Notes under the pieces: model-generated
What the model was told of the DNA's origin: nothing
The model's input: only the letters and a program-made list of their open reading frames with translations
Databases searched by the model: none
Program-made: the position numbers and the translations under genes
In this document: in pieces, positions 9,086-18,667 of the stretch
Position numbering within the stretch: position 1 is the stretch's first letter
How the letters are laid out: every line of letters begins with the position of its first letter
Assembly: GCA_002457155.1 (NCBI GenBank)
Contig: NTJS01000001.1
Span: 69,354 to 133,353 of the forward strand
DNA from: Marine Group II euryarchaeote MED-G35
GTDB taxonomy: Archaea; Thermoplasmatota; Poseidoniia; Poseidoniales; Thalassarchaeaceae
Direction of reading: 5' to 3'
DNA: 64,000 nt

Positions 9086-10099
9086 ATGAGGCGTCTAGTG
9101 GCAGTGTTCCTGACTGCGATCATCCTCTTGCCGATTCAGGCCTCAGCGACTAGTGACAGTCTCTGGGATGAAGCCAGGGTATTCGACGAGATAGGGACAT
9201 ACGGCGGCACGATAGGCGGCATTTCCATTGACATGAACAACACCAGGGACGAATTAACCCTCAACCAGTCAAGCGTGGCTAATCTGCCAAGAATCGTCGA
9301 AGTATACACAGCCACTTGGTGCTTGAATTGCGTCAAGACAGAACAGGCCTTGGATGAGGCACTCGAAAACCTAGGTTTGGTCCAATCTTGGGATGTCACA
9401 AGGATACACTATCACAGATACCTCTACGAGACCCTTGACCCATTCGGCAGCAACTCCACTGATTCTCGTTGGGTCGATGCATACGGAAGCGGTTCACTTC
9501 TGTCCACCGACAGGTCTTACGAGTCATCAGACGGGAGAACGGTACAAATCACCGGAACCGAAAGGTCGGCACCATCCAAGGTGTTCGATGGCCAGAGGAT
9601 GTACACCGGAACTAGTACCAAATCTAACAGTTTGCAAACTGACTATCAGACTGCACTGCACATGTTCCCCAGTCACCCTTTCTCTCATCACGACAGTAGT
9701 CTGCAGTTAGCTGTACTTCAGGACAATGAGACTCCCGAACTTTCCTCCTTCCAATGGAACATCAGCCTCTTTTCAGGTATGGAAAACTGGGAAACTACCA
9801 GTTGGCTGATGTTCGTCGAAAACAGTGCATACTTCCCTGAGGGAAGCAATGGGAAGGGCAACTACGGCCATGTCCTTCACGAGGCGATCAACATAGGCTC
9901 CCAGAATGCATCTTCGATACTCCTCGATCCCCCCGAACCTTGGGATGGGGACGACATGTCCGTGATCCTGTTGGTGGATTGGACAATCCGCAGTCCCACC
10001 GATGCAAACTCTATTCCAGCTCCAGCATTATCCACGCTGCTATGCATGCTTGCCGCTTTGGTACCCAGGCGCGAAAGGGATTCCGAGCCATTGCAATGA
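9086..10099 (+). CDS. Exported thioredoxin-fold (Omp28-like) CxxC protein with C-terminal membrane anchor
   Basis: Signal peptide; VEVYTATWCLNC; APSKVFDG; C-terminal hydrophobic segment + RRER. Confidence 0.65.
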   Translation: MRRLVAVFLTAIILLPIQASATSDSLWDEARVFDEIGTYGGTIGGISIDMNNTRDELTLNQSSVANLPRIVEVYTATWCLNCVKTEQALDEALENLGLVQSWDVTRIHYHRYLYETLDPFGSNSTDSRWVDAYGSGSLLSTDRSYESSDGRTVQITGTERSAPSKVFDGQRMYTGTSTKSNSLQTDYQTALHMFPSHPFSHHDSSLQLAVLQDNETPELSSFQWNISLFSGMENWETTSWLMFVENSAYFPEGSNGKGNYGHVLHEAINIGSQNASSILLDPPEPWDGDDMSVILLVDWTIRSPTDANSIPAPALSTLLCMLAALVPRRERDSEPLQ

Positions 10100-10156
10100 G
10101 CGCCAACAGTTGGGTTGAATAACCACCCCCGAGCATGGTCAATGCTCGGAGGTGAC

Positions 10157-13100
10157 ATGTTGGCGACAAGGGAACATTGTGTTACCAGCGAGAGGGTCCC
10201 AAGAGGGCCAATGCCAGAATGGCTCAGGGAGCAGATCAGGCGCCAGTCTCTGGGAGTCCAAAGCACAGACACGAATCTCAGCGGGAGAATACTGGTAGTC
10301 TATCCCACAGAGAAATCCAGGATGCAACTACTCTCCTCAATAGGACTCCGAGGAGCAGTGGACCGTACTCTGCACCACACGATCGAGTCCCTCATCTCAT
10401 CATTGGTCGCGGACCTCAGGATGCCTCGAGTCCTCTCCAATGACGGCCCTTTGTTGTCCGTTATTCACAGCGAGTGCAGGAAGGAAGCAGCAAGACTCGG
10501 ATTCCCACTCATCAACCCACTACCGGACATGAGGTGGGGGAAGGGAAAGACCGAGGCCCTAGCCGAACTCCACTACCAGCTTTCCAGGGAGATGGCGGTC
10601 AGTAGGTGGCAAGGACCCGGGATGGTGACTTTCAGAAGGGTCATCGAACGCCTGGAGGAGAAACTCAGATTCACCCACCCGGATATGGCAGTTGGTCGAA
10701 TCATCGAATCATTGGAGAGCGGCACCACTCCCTTCACGGTCTCTGACATAGATGGCATAATCATGCTTGATCACTCACCGACCCTATGTCGAACCCATAC
10801 CGAGATGCTCCTATCCCTGTCAAAGCACAGCCCAATCCACCAACTCGCCCATCCTGGTAATTTCCGACTCGGGCATCACGGCAACCTCCTCGTCGATGAG
10901 CACCCTGTCAAGGATCCGCATGACCTCCCAAACTGGGTTCCCAGTGGCAGGACTACTGCAAAGGCAGTTCCATCGGCAGTCACAAGGATCCTTCTCAAGA
11001 GGGAGGCCCACTCTTTCGACGTCACGACACAACTGGTCTCAGAGAGGCTCACCAGGGGGGACTCGGAGATCATCATCATCGATCCAGCCATCGAGAAAAA
11101 CAGACACAGGTGGGTCCAGTACCTCGGGGCAATCGGAATTTGCCTAGAGAGGAGGAGAGAGCCACCCTCGTCCCACCCTATTGGACACTGGATATTGCGA
11201 CTCGCAAGCCTTGCTCATGGCCCTGATGCATTCTCGCTAGAGAATCTGAGGGCCCTTTCCCTGCAGAGTTCCATCACCCCGTTTGAGATTACTTCCGAGC
11301 ACCCAACAGATTCCGAGATTTCCCCTTCCGCCGACTCCGAGCTACTCACAAAACTAGCGAGGAATGAACACGTCCTTGGAGGCCCAGGAGCTCTACTCAA
11401 GTGGATCGAGACTCTCTCGCGACCACCTTCCGACGAGAGGGACGGGCCATCAAAGGAAGCGGCACAATGGTGGCTTCTCTGCTTGGCCAATTCCCTATTC
11501 CCCATCCTCCGGGGCCCGGATAGGGAACTGGTACGGGACCTCGGGCAGCCGGTTGGGTGCTACACGGGCTCCGTACTCCCCCTGCCGGACATCGCCTTGG
11601 ACGGAGACCAATGGCTGAATAACACCCTGTCCCTAATCGACCTCGATTCTGAGATGCAGCTCTACCGGGGGCAGGGACTCTCCCCAGCGGCAGCAGTCCA
11701 CGCACTGGTTAGCGACCGGGAGGTCCTGAGGGAGATGCAGCGAAGATCAGGACAGAGAGGCCCAACCCTTGGGTCCGATTGGGTGGACGAACTAGCCTCA
11801 CTAGCCGAGCAATCGTCTGCAGTCCCAGGTGGCCCGAACTTCTTCGGGAACGTCTCAGTGCTAAGTCCGAGCGAGGCTCTTGGATGCACCTCAGATCTGA
11901 TTGTCATGGCGAACCTTTCCAGCTCCTCATGGGACCTAAGGGTCCCCAAGACGCCGTTCCTAGGTGAGGAGGAACGCCATTCCTTAGGCATCCTCAGGCC
12001 CGATGCCCCGATCAGGGATGCCAGGCACAGCCTGCAGCACATCCTGCAATCCTCGCCAGAAGTGATAATCCTCGATCCGAGCATGGATGAAACGGCCCCA
12101 CCATCCGCACCAATCAGGGAATGGGCCAGCGACTCCGATGTCGAGGGAATCGAGGAGGGGGATTACCAGTTCTCCATTGCATTCGTCTCCCCGAGGGACG
12201 CCAGGCAGGACGACGGCTTGCGAATCAGGGAGTCACGAGACCCATCCAAGCCACCAATCAACCCTAGCGCGATCTCGATTCCAATCGACCCACACGTCCA
12301 GAGGGACCGCGAAAGAAGACAGCCCTCAATCGCCGAGGAGGATGGGTATCTGCCGGAAGATGCTGGAGAGCACATATTCTCTCTCGAGGGACTAAAATTC
12401 CACGGAAGGAACCCTCCCGGGGTCGAAAACCCCCGAACAAACAGGAGGTGGCCAATCGTGGGGGGCCTATCAGGAGGGAAACCATCCCTCTCGATAGACC
12501 CGAGACCGCTAAACCCCTCCCCAACCGGATCATCAGTGACCGACTCCAGACACGGACACTCAGAGGGGATGTCACTGGATGTCCCCATCTGGTCGCCAAC
12601 CAGACTCCAGACTTGGCTGAGGTGCCCTAGGAGTGGGTGGCTCTCGAGGGAACTGGATGCAGGCAGGGAAGAATTGCAAGGTGAGGACATCGACAACAGG
12701 ACCTATGGGGAATTGCTTCACAATGTCCATCACGACATCATCGCAAATATCCTGGATTTCCCAACTAGCAAGGAACGAACCTTCGACGGAGAATCTGGGC
12801 ATTCGAGCATCGGGAAATCAGGCTTGAATCCGAACGAGATGATGAAGATCGCACTGGAGTCTCTAGATTCGAGGGCCCCTTGGCTGGAGAGATCAGATGC
12901 AGTCTCCACACAGCGCCTGAGGTCGTTGACCGGAATGTCCAGGCAGGAGTGGAGCAGCTGGCTCGCCGACCCTTCCCCGACACCCCCTGCCGGCAGGGTG
13001 GGCAGCATCGTCTCAGCAGAACTGCAGATTGCCGACTCGGCCCCCATATCCATAGAGTGGATGATTGGGAAAGAAGGCTCAAACTACGTAGGCATCTCGC

Positions 13101-13726
13101 TCCCAAAGGAACTCTCCGGGTACGGCGATACCGAGCCCATCAAGGTCCGGGGGTGGATAGATCGAGTAGACCTACTGCCCCTCGACCCGGCTGCCGGGAA
13201 GTGGGTCGACAATGACGGGGACGACAGCGTCGCACCAATCAGAGTCCATGGTACGGGGTGGAGGCCAAAGAGAATAATCGCCATCAGGGACATCAAGACC
13301 TCGGAGTCACCCATCCATAGGAATCGGCACTACAAGGGCCTACTCGAAGAACTGCAATTGGCGGTCTATGCCCGTGCATGGGAGGAAGCACACCCGGGTG
13401 ACCTGGTCCTTGCAGCGGGCATATCCGTGTTCGGACACAACTCGGACCACCTCCTGGAGGTATCAACTCAATACTCGGAGTCGCACAAGGGACTCAACAT
13501 TGGGACAAGGTCATCAATCACAAGCACAACATACAGATTCGCCGACGAGGACGAGAAAACCCAAAGCGATCACTTCAGATCATGGATGGCACAGAGACTC
13601 TCAGTAGCCCTGAAGGTAGCCTCCAACGCAAACTCGGGAAAGGTCCACCCAACGCCATCACCAGGGGTCTGTGGCTACTGCCCTGTTAGAGAAACATGCA
13701 ACGTCAGGATGGAGGGATCATTCTGA
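10157..13726 (+). CDS. AddB/AdnA-like protein: degenerate helicase-like N-terminus, C-terminal PD-(D/E)XK nuclease with 4-Cys Fe-S staple
   Basis: WSPTRLQTWLRCP, GELLHNV, RGWIDRVD, RDIKT, LQLAVY, CGYCPVRETC; ATG 10157 follows GGAGGTGA. Confidence 0.8.
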   Translation: MLATREHCVTSERVPRGPMPEWLREQIRRQSLGVQSTDTNLSGRILVVYPTEKSRMQLLSSIGLRGAVDRTLHHTIESLISSLVADLRMPRVLSNDGPLLSVIHSECRKEAARLGFPLINPLPDMRWGKGKTEALAELHYQLSREMAVSRWQGPGMVTFRRVIERLEEKLRFTHPDMAVGRIIESLESGTTPFTVSDIDGIIMLDHSPTLCRTHTEMLLSLSKHSPIHQLAHPGNFRLGHHGNLLVDEHPVKDPHDLPNWVPSGRTTAKAVPSAVTRILLKREAHSFDVTTQLVSERLTRGDSEIIIIDPAIEKNRHRWVQYLGAIGICLERRREPPSSHPIGHWILRLASLAHGPDAFSLENLRALSLQSSITPFEITSEHPTDSEISPSADSELLTKLARNEHVLGGPGALLKWIETLSRPPSDERDGPSKEAAQWWLLCLANSLFPILRGPDRELVRDLGQPVGCYTGSVLPLPDIALDGDQWLNNTLSLIDLDSEMQLYRGQGLSPAAAVHALVSDREVLREMQRRSGQRGPTLGSDWVDELASLAEQSSAVPGGPNFFGNVSVLSPSEALGCTSDLIVMANLSSSSWDLRVPKTPFLGEEERHSLGILRPDAPIRDARHSLQHILQSSPEVIILDPSMDETAPPSAPIREWASDSDVEGIEEGDYQFSIAFVSPRDARQDDGLRIRESRDPSKPPINPSAISIPIDPHVQRDRERRQPSIAEEDGYLPEDAGEHIFSLEGLKFHGRNPPGVENPRTNRRWPIVGGLSGGKPSLSIDPRPLNPSPTGSSVTDSRHGHSEGMSLDVPIWSPTRLQTWLRCPRSGWLSRELDAGREELQGEDIDNRTYGELLHNVHHDIIANILDFPTSKERTFDGESGHSSIGKSGLNPNEMMKIALESLDSRAPWLERSDAVSTQRLRSLTGMSRQEWSSWLADPSPTPPAGRVGSIVSAELQIADSAPISIEWMIGKEGSNYVGISLPKELSGYGDTEPIKVRGWIDRVDLLPLDPAAGKWVDNDGDDSVAPIRVHGTGWRPKRIIAIRDIKTSESPIHRNRHYKGLLEELQLAVYARAWEEAHPGDLVLAAGISVFGHNSDHLLEVSTQYSESHKGLNIGTRSSITSTTYRFADEDEKTQSDHFRSWMAQRLSVALKVASNANSGKVHPTPSPGVCGYCPVRETCNVRMEGSF

Positions 13727-16700
13727 TCCGGCTAAACACGGCCCAGCGCCTGGCCCTAAACCTCGATTCGCACATCGTCATCGACGCAGGTGCCGGCACC
13801 GGCAAGACGAGCACAATCGTCGATCGAGTCATAGAGCACTACCTCGCTACTGATCAACGGGCAACCAGGCTCCTTCCCAAGCCAGCCAGGCCTTCCAGCA
13901 CAGGAGGGGGGATGGTCACAGCACCCGCATCGGAGAGAATCAACCTCGAAGAATGGGGCGGCCTGCTCCCAGGCGAAGTCGTCCTCCTCACCTTCACAAA
14001 CAGGGCCGCGGACGAGATGAAAGATCGCCTCCGCAGCGCAATCTCTAGGGTCAGGCCCGGCCCGTTGGGAGATGACGGAAATCACAGGTTCGATCCGAGG
14101 GTCAAGAGCCAAGGATTCGTCGAGCAGTTACTCACCCTCCTGGAAGACGCGCCAATCGGAACGATAGACTCCTTCCTATCCCAATTGGTTTCTCCATACC
14201 GCGGAAAGCTCGGAGACGCACTGAGCCGGGAGAACGTGTCGGATGCATCAAGGGCGATATTGATCGAGACCGCACTCAGGACAATCTGGAGACTCGCTAG
14301 CGAGAGGAATCGAATCGGAGAGGCGGTGGACGCCGGAATACCATCCCATATCGCTTCTGAGGTGCTCTCAGCTAGGGACCGGGTCGCTCGGCACTACGCA
14401 GGCAGGACATCAGCGGCCAGAGTACTCAGAACACTAGTTGGAAAAGCCGTCTTCGTCGAGGAGTCCTCTCGCAAGGTCATGGACGAAACCGGCTCCTTCG
14501 ACCAGAACAAGCTCCTATCGACGATCATGTCCTCTGTCGAAAAAGAGGAGATATCCGACCAGTCTCAGAGGCTCCACTCGATAGTGTCAGACATCTGCGA
14601 GACAATCAAGGGAACACTCCAGAACCCCTCAGCTGCAGGTTGGTCCTCCGAGACTCGGATGGCATCCCTTGACGAACTAGACCGGAACGGGCCACCTGCG
14701 GGCGAATGGGCCCAGCTGTGCTGGATGGGGCACGTTCTGACTTGCATCGTCAGCCCATCTACACTAATGGGGAAGGAGATGAAATTCTTCCCTAGAATGA
14801 AGCTCCCATCCGACTCCTGGCCAGCGGGAGTGAGGAGCTATTCGGAGATAAAGGACAAGAATCTGAAATCGACCTACACGTCCACGATAAAGTCGAAGAT
14901 TTCGGAGCTGCAGCGAATCTGGTCAGATGATCTGGGAGGCATGATGCTCCACTTCGTGAGAACAGCAATCATCCTCGACGAGTCCAAGCCCCCCGAGGTG
15001 ACCCCTGACTGGGAACCACCATCCCATGCCCTCCCGACCGAAATTCCCGAGCGACTGGGCAATCCGAAGAAGAACCATCACTTCTCATTGGACGCCGAGA
15101 TACAGAACCTACGGGACCTGCATCTCCTCCACCTGGGATTCCAGGGGGTGATGAAGAATCTGAAGCAGCGCGACGAGGTCCATGACTTCGACGACATTCA
15201 GAGACTTGCAGGGGACCTGCTGCTGGCAAATTGCCCAGAGGTCTGCAGGACGTTCTACCATCCCTCGGTCCAGAGGGAACTAGACTCAATCAGCCCAGAC
15301 AGCCCATGGAGGGATGATCACATCTCCAGGGCACTGGATGCACTATCCAAACTTGAGATAGATCCAGAATCGGCCGGAGCATGGTCATCCAAATTGGGAG
15401 CCATCCGAACAGATCTTGAGAGCCGGAGGCAACTCCTCGAAGAAATCAGAAGGAGGTACCGGGCCTTCATCATCGACGAGGCGCAGGACAACTCCCCACT
15501 CCAATGGAGGCTGCTATCCAGGCTCTGGGGGCCGAGGGAGGCCAGAGAAGGCGACCCTCCCAAGCCAGACACTCCTTGGGAGCCCACCGTGTGTTACGTT
15601 GGAGACGTAAAGCAGAGCATCTATGCCTTCAGACAGGCAGAGGTTACCGGATTCCTGGATTTCGCCAAGTCACTAAGGTCAATCAACTTGCATGAGTTCT
15701 CCAGCGTACCGGAGCTTACCAGGAAACCGACCCTCAGGAAAGAGTCCCATAGCAGGGACCCGAGGAACGACCACAAATCGAACATTGCGACCGCATCTGA
15801 GTACATGCACAGGGGAGGCAGGGACCTATCCGCTTGGATCCCATTCGACTCTACCGACTGGGACCTACCAGCCCCGTCAGGGGGGGAGGTCAGGGCACGC
15901 AAGGAGGGCATGATCCCACTGCAGGTGAACTACCGCTCCGAAGGAGGTCTCCTGGACGTGATGAACGAATGGTGGGACGACATCTTCTCGGACAGGCACA
16001 GGCTAGTCTCCAGAGGGGAATTCTATGCCTCGTCTCAGACTCTACACTCATTCCCGGAGAAGAGGCAGAACCCAGGCTCGATAGAGTGGATATGCCCGCC
16101 CGACCCAGATGGATCCACCGATCCCGCCACAGATCTTCGGATCCATCTAGATCCCTTCGGGCCGGGGTCGCTGGATCGGTTGGAGAGGCAAGCCATGCTC
16201 ATCGCACTTAGAGTGAGGAGCCTCATCGAAGGGAGCCCGGTAAGGGTAAGATCCGCCGACAACTCGTGGATTTCAGTCCAACCAGAAGACGCAGTAAGGC
16301 CCGAAGAAATCACAATACTCCTGCCAAACAGAGTCAATCTAAGGGACGTCATCATCAGGCATCTGCATGATCTCGGAGTCCCGACACAGGTCGACCGAGA
16401 AGGCGGATTGCTGGAACGCCCAGCGGCCGCTGCATTGGAGGGGCTAGTCCAACTAGTGGCTAGGCCGGGATCCAGGCACAACGCAGCATGGGTGGCCCGT
16501 TCGCCACTATTCGGGTTGTCCGATTCCCAACTGCACGACTTCCTATCCAATTCGGAGAAGGGGGAGGACTTGCTCTCCAGGCTGCTATCGAACTGCTCCA
16601 ATGACAGACAGCGGTCATTGGTATCGAGATGGTGCGAACTCAGATCTTCTAGCCTGGTAGAGCTCCTTGAGGATACCATTGACCGCTCAGACCTGCTCGT

Positions 16701-18633
16701 CGCATACCCGGATAAAGTCTCAAGGCAGGACGCGGAACAGTTCGTCGACCTGATCAGGACGCTGACCACAGAGGTCGGTGGCGACCCGATAGTCCTCTCC
16801 GACAGGCTTCGCGACCTCAGGGAGAGCAGCTCACATGCCATCGAGGCATCCACCAACCCCCCAACGAATGCAGTCAAAGTAATGACGATCCACAGCTCAA
16901 AGGGACTCGAGTCCAAGGTCGTCATCCTGGCCGACCTGTTCTCTCCCAGGCAGACCAACATGAGGAACGAACAGAACAGCAGACTCATCGTCAGCCCGGA
17001 GATGTTCGCAGGACATCCCAACCCATGGCCCGCAGAAGGAAAAACTCCTAGATCAGCGATTTGGGAGCACGTCTCCCTCCTCCATAGGGCCAGGAAGAAT
17101 GCCGAAGCAAGGAGGCTCCTCTACGTCGCCGCAACCAGGGCAGAAGAGAAGATAATCATCGCAGGCTCCCCGAGGGGGACCCAGTGGCTGGAAGACGAGG
17201 GCATCGTGCTCCCGTGGACCTATGACAAAACCGCTCCCCAACTGGGGCAAATGTGGCTCGAATCATTGCGAATGGGGTCATGGAGGAGAGGGGAACCACA
17301 GTCGCCCTGGCTAGACTCATCGGAAGCCGGCTCGGAACCGATTCTGGCAAACGGGGGGAGCAGGACCGTCGACCCGGGGAGTCTGCTTGAGGACGCATTC
17401 CTCGGTGGAACTGGCAAGACGGGCATTACCATGCTCCACCATCCCGACTGCTTCCCGGAGGCAAACGAAGACGGCAATGCCATCATGACCCCAATCCAGA
17501 GAGTCGAGTCAATCGACCAAGCCTCCCGTGGAAACCAAACAACAGATCCACCAACACCCCCCTGCCCACGAGCCGAATCCTCGACCAGAGTCCGTGTGAA
17601 ACCAAGCAAACTCCCCGGATACTTCGAATGCCCCAGATGCCATTGGCTCGAGGTAAGGGCAGGCGTAGAACCAGATTCGATGTTTGCCAGAAGTAGAGCG
17701 GCTGGAACGACGAAGCCCGTACTCTCCGTGGACCCCGCGACATTCGGGAACGTTTTCCACAGGATCATCGAGATCGGCATCGGGAACCCGGGTCCCGGGG
17801 AAAACGGCCCCAGCACCTCGCTACCGTCATCCTGGACCACCAAGACAGAGGACAGGATCACCGACGAAGACACCCACAGGACCGTTTTCTCCGAGCTCCT
17901 ACCAGCCGATGCCGATGCCGATAAGGTATCAGAGGCCACCTCGATAATGGCCCAGAGAGTCTCGGACGGGAGGCTGGGCGAGATGATACGCGGAACCGAG
18001 TTTGACGGAATGCGCGTGGAGGGCCTCAGGACGGAGATGCCATTCCACCTCTCCATGCCCGTTTCCTTCGAAGCCGTCAGGAGGGGCAAGTGGTCACCAG
18101 ACGGAGTAGAGGACCTCGTGACAATCGACTCCACCACCATAGACATGAGCGGGGTGATTGACCTCGTCCTCTGCACGAGCAACGTGAACGGAAAGCCGAC
18201 AATCCGAGCCATCGACCTAAAGACAACCGACGCCCACTGCCTCCTGGACGAGTCTCAAAGCGGGTTATTGGAGGCTCTGGGGGATGAAACAACAGGGCCC
18301 GCCTGTGAGGGGGAGGAGGAGCTCCTACGCAAGCACAGGTTGCAAATGGCACTGTACCACCAAGCCCTGGAGGAATCCGAATCCGATAGGTCAAGCGAGG
18401 GCCTCCCAAGCAGGCAGGTCCTGCCCCCAGCCATCCTGGTCGGAGTCACTGGAAGACTGGTCGAATACCCACAAGCGCTACTCGAAGAGGCGAAGGCTGA
18501 CTTGATTGAGACCCTATCAAGAACCGCAAGAATGTCCCTCGCGTCGGATTTCCCCATCTCCGAGATCGAGAAATTCCAGAGAGCGCCCAACCAGGGGTGC
18601 AAGATCTGCTCATCGTCCGATATTACCCAGTAG
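13696..18633 (+). CDS. AddA-like UvrD/SF1 helicase with C-terminal RecB-family nuclease
   Basis: AGAGTGKT, LTFTNRAADEM, TIDSF, IDEAQD, VGDVKQSIYAFR, NYRS, TIHSSKGLE, RLLYVAATRA; nuclease GVIDLV..IDLKT..QMALY; true start may be CTG 13723 after GGAGG. Confidence 0.88.
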   Translation: MQRQDGGIILIRLNTAQRLALNLDSHIVIDAGAGTGKTSTIVDRVIEHYLATDQRATRLLPKPARPSSTGGGMVTAPASERINLEEWGGLLPGEVVLLTFTNRAADEMKDRLRSAISRVRPGPLGDDGNHRFDPRVKSQGFVEQLLTLLEDAPIGTIDSFLSQLVSPYRGKLGDALSRENVSDASRAILIETALRTIWRLASERNRIGEAVDAGIPSHIASEVLSARDRVARHYAGRTSAARVLRTLVGKAVFVEESSRKVMDETGSFDQNKLLSTIMSSVEKEEISDQSQRLHSIVSDICETIKGTLQNPSAAGWSSETRMASLDELDRNGPPAGEWAQLCWMGHVLTCIVSPSTLMGKEMKFFPRMKLPSDSWPAGVRSYSEIKDKNLKSTYTSTIKSKISELQRIWSDDLGGMMLHFVRTAIILDESKPPEVTPDWEPPSHALPTEIPERLGNPKKNHHFSLDAEIQNLRDLHLLHLGFQGVMKNLKQRDEVHDFDDIQRLAGDLLLANCPEVCRTFYHPSVQRELDSISPDSPWRDDHISRALDALSKLEIDPESAGAWSSKLGAIRTDLESRRQLLEEIRRRYRAFIIDEAQDNSPLQWRLLSRLWGPREAREGDPPKPDTPWEPTVCYVGDVKQSIYAFRQAEVTGFLDFAKSLRSINLHEFSSVPELTRKPTLRKESHSRDPRNDHKSNIATASEYMHRGGRDLSAWIPFDSTDWDLPAPSGGEVRARKEGMIPLQVNYRSEGGLLDVMNEWWDDIFSDRHRLVSRGEFYASSQTLHSFPEKRQNPGSIEWICPPDPDGSTDPATDLRIHLDPFGPGSLDRLERQAMLIALRVRSLIEGSPVRVRSADNSWISVQPEDAVRPEEITILLPNRVNLRDVIIRHLHDLGVPTQVDREGGLLERPAAAALEGLVQLVARPGSRHNAAWVARSPLFGLSDSQLHDFLSNSEKGEDLLSRLLSNCSNDRQRSLVSRWCELRSSSLVELLEDTIDRSDLLVAYPDKVSRQDAEQFVDLIRTLTTEVGGDPIVLSDRLRDLRESSSHAIEASTNPPTNAVKVMTIHSSKGLESKVVILADLFSPRQTNMRNEQNSRLIVSPEMFAGHPNPWPAEGKTPRSAIWEHVSLLHRARKNAEARRLLYVAATRAEEKIIIAGSPRGTQWLEDEGIVLPWTYDKTAPQLGQMWLESLRMGSWRRGEPQSPWLDSSEAGSEPILANGGSRTVDPGSLLEDAFLGGTGKTGITMLHHPDCFPEANEDGNAIMTPIQRVESIDQASRGNQTTDPPTPPCPRAESSTRVRVKPSKLPGYFECPRCHWLEVRAGVEPDSMFARSRAAGTTKPVLSVDPATFGNVFHRIIEIGIGNPGPGENGPSTSLPSSWTTKTEDRITDEDTHRTVFSELLPADADADKVSEATSIMAQRVSDGRLGEMIRGTEFDGMRVEGLRTEMPFHLSMPVSFEAVRRGKWSPDGVEDLVTIDSTTIDMSGVIDLVLCTSNVNGKPTIRAIDLKTTDAHCLLDESQSGLLEALGDETTGPACEGEEELLRKHRLQMALYHQALEESESDRSSEGLPSRQVLPPAILVGVTGRLVEYPQALLEEAKADLIETLSRTARMSLASDFPISEIEKFQRAPNQGCKICSSSDITQ

Positions 18634-18667
18634 AAGAGTCCATGAGTGAACGCCCCGGGTAGGGGTC

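Noticed and set aside
12580-13726. Cas4-like nuclease suggesting a CRISPR-Cas locus
   Set aside because: It is the C-terminal domain of an AddB-like protein; no cas1/cas2 or repeat-spacer array seen
16035-18212. Two long antisense ORFs (328 and 330 aa)
   Set aside because: Ser-rich shadow frames opposite the helicase gene; no motifs
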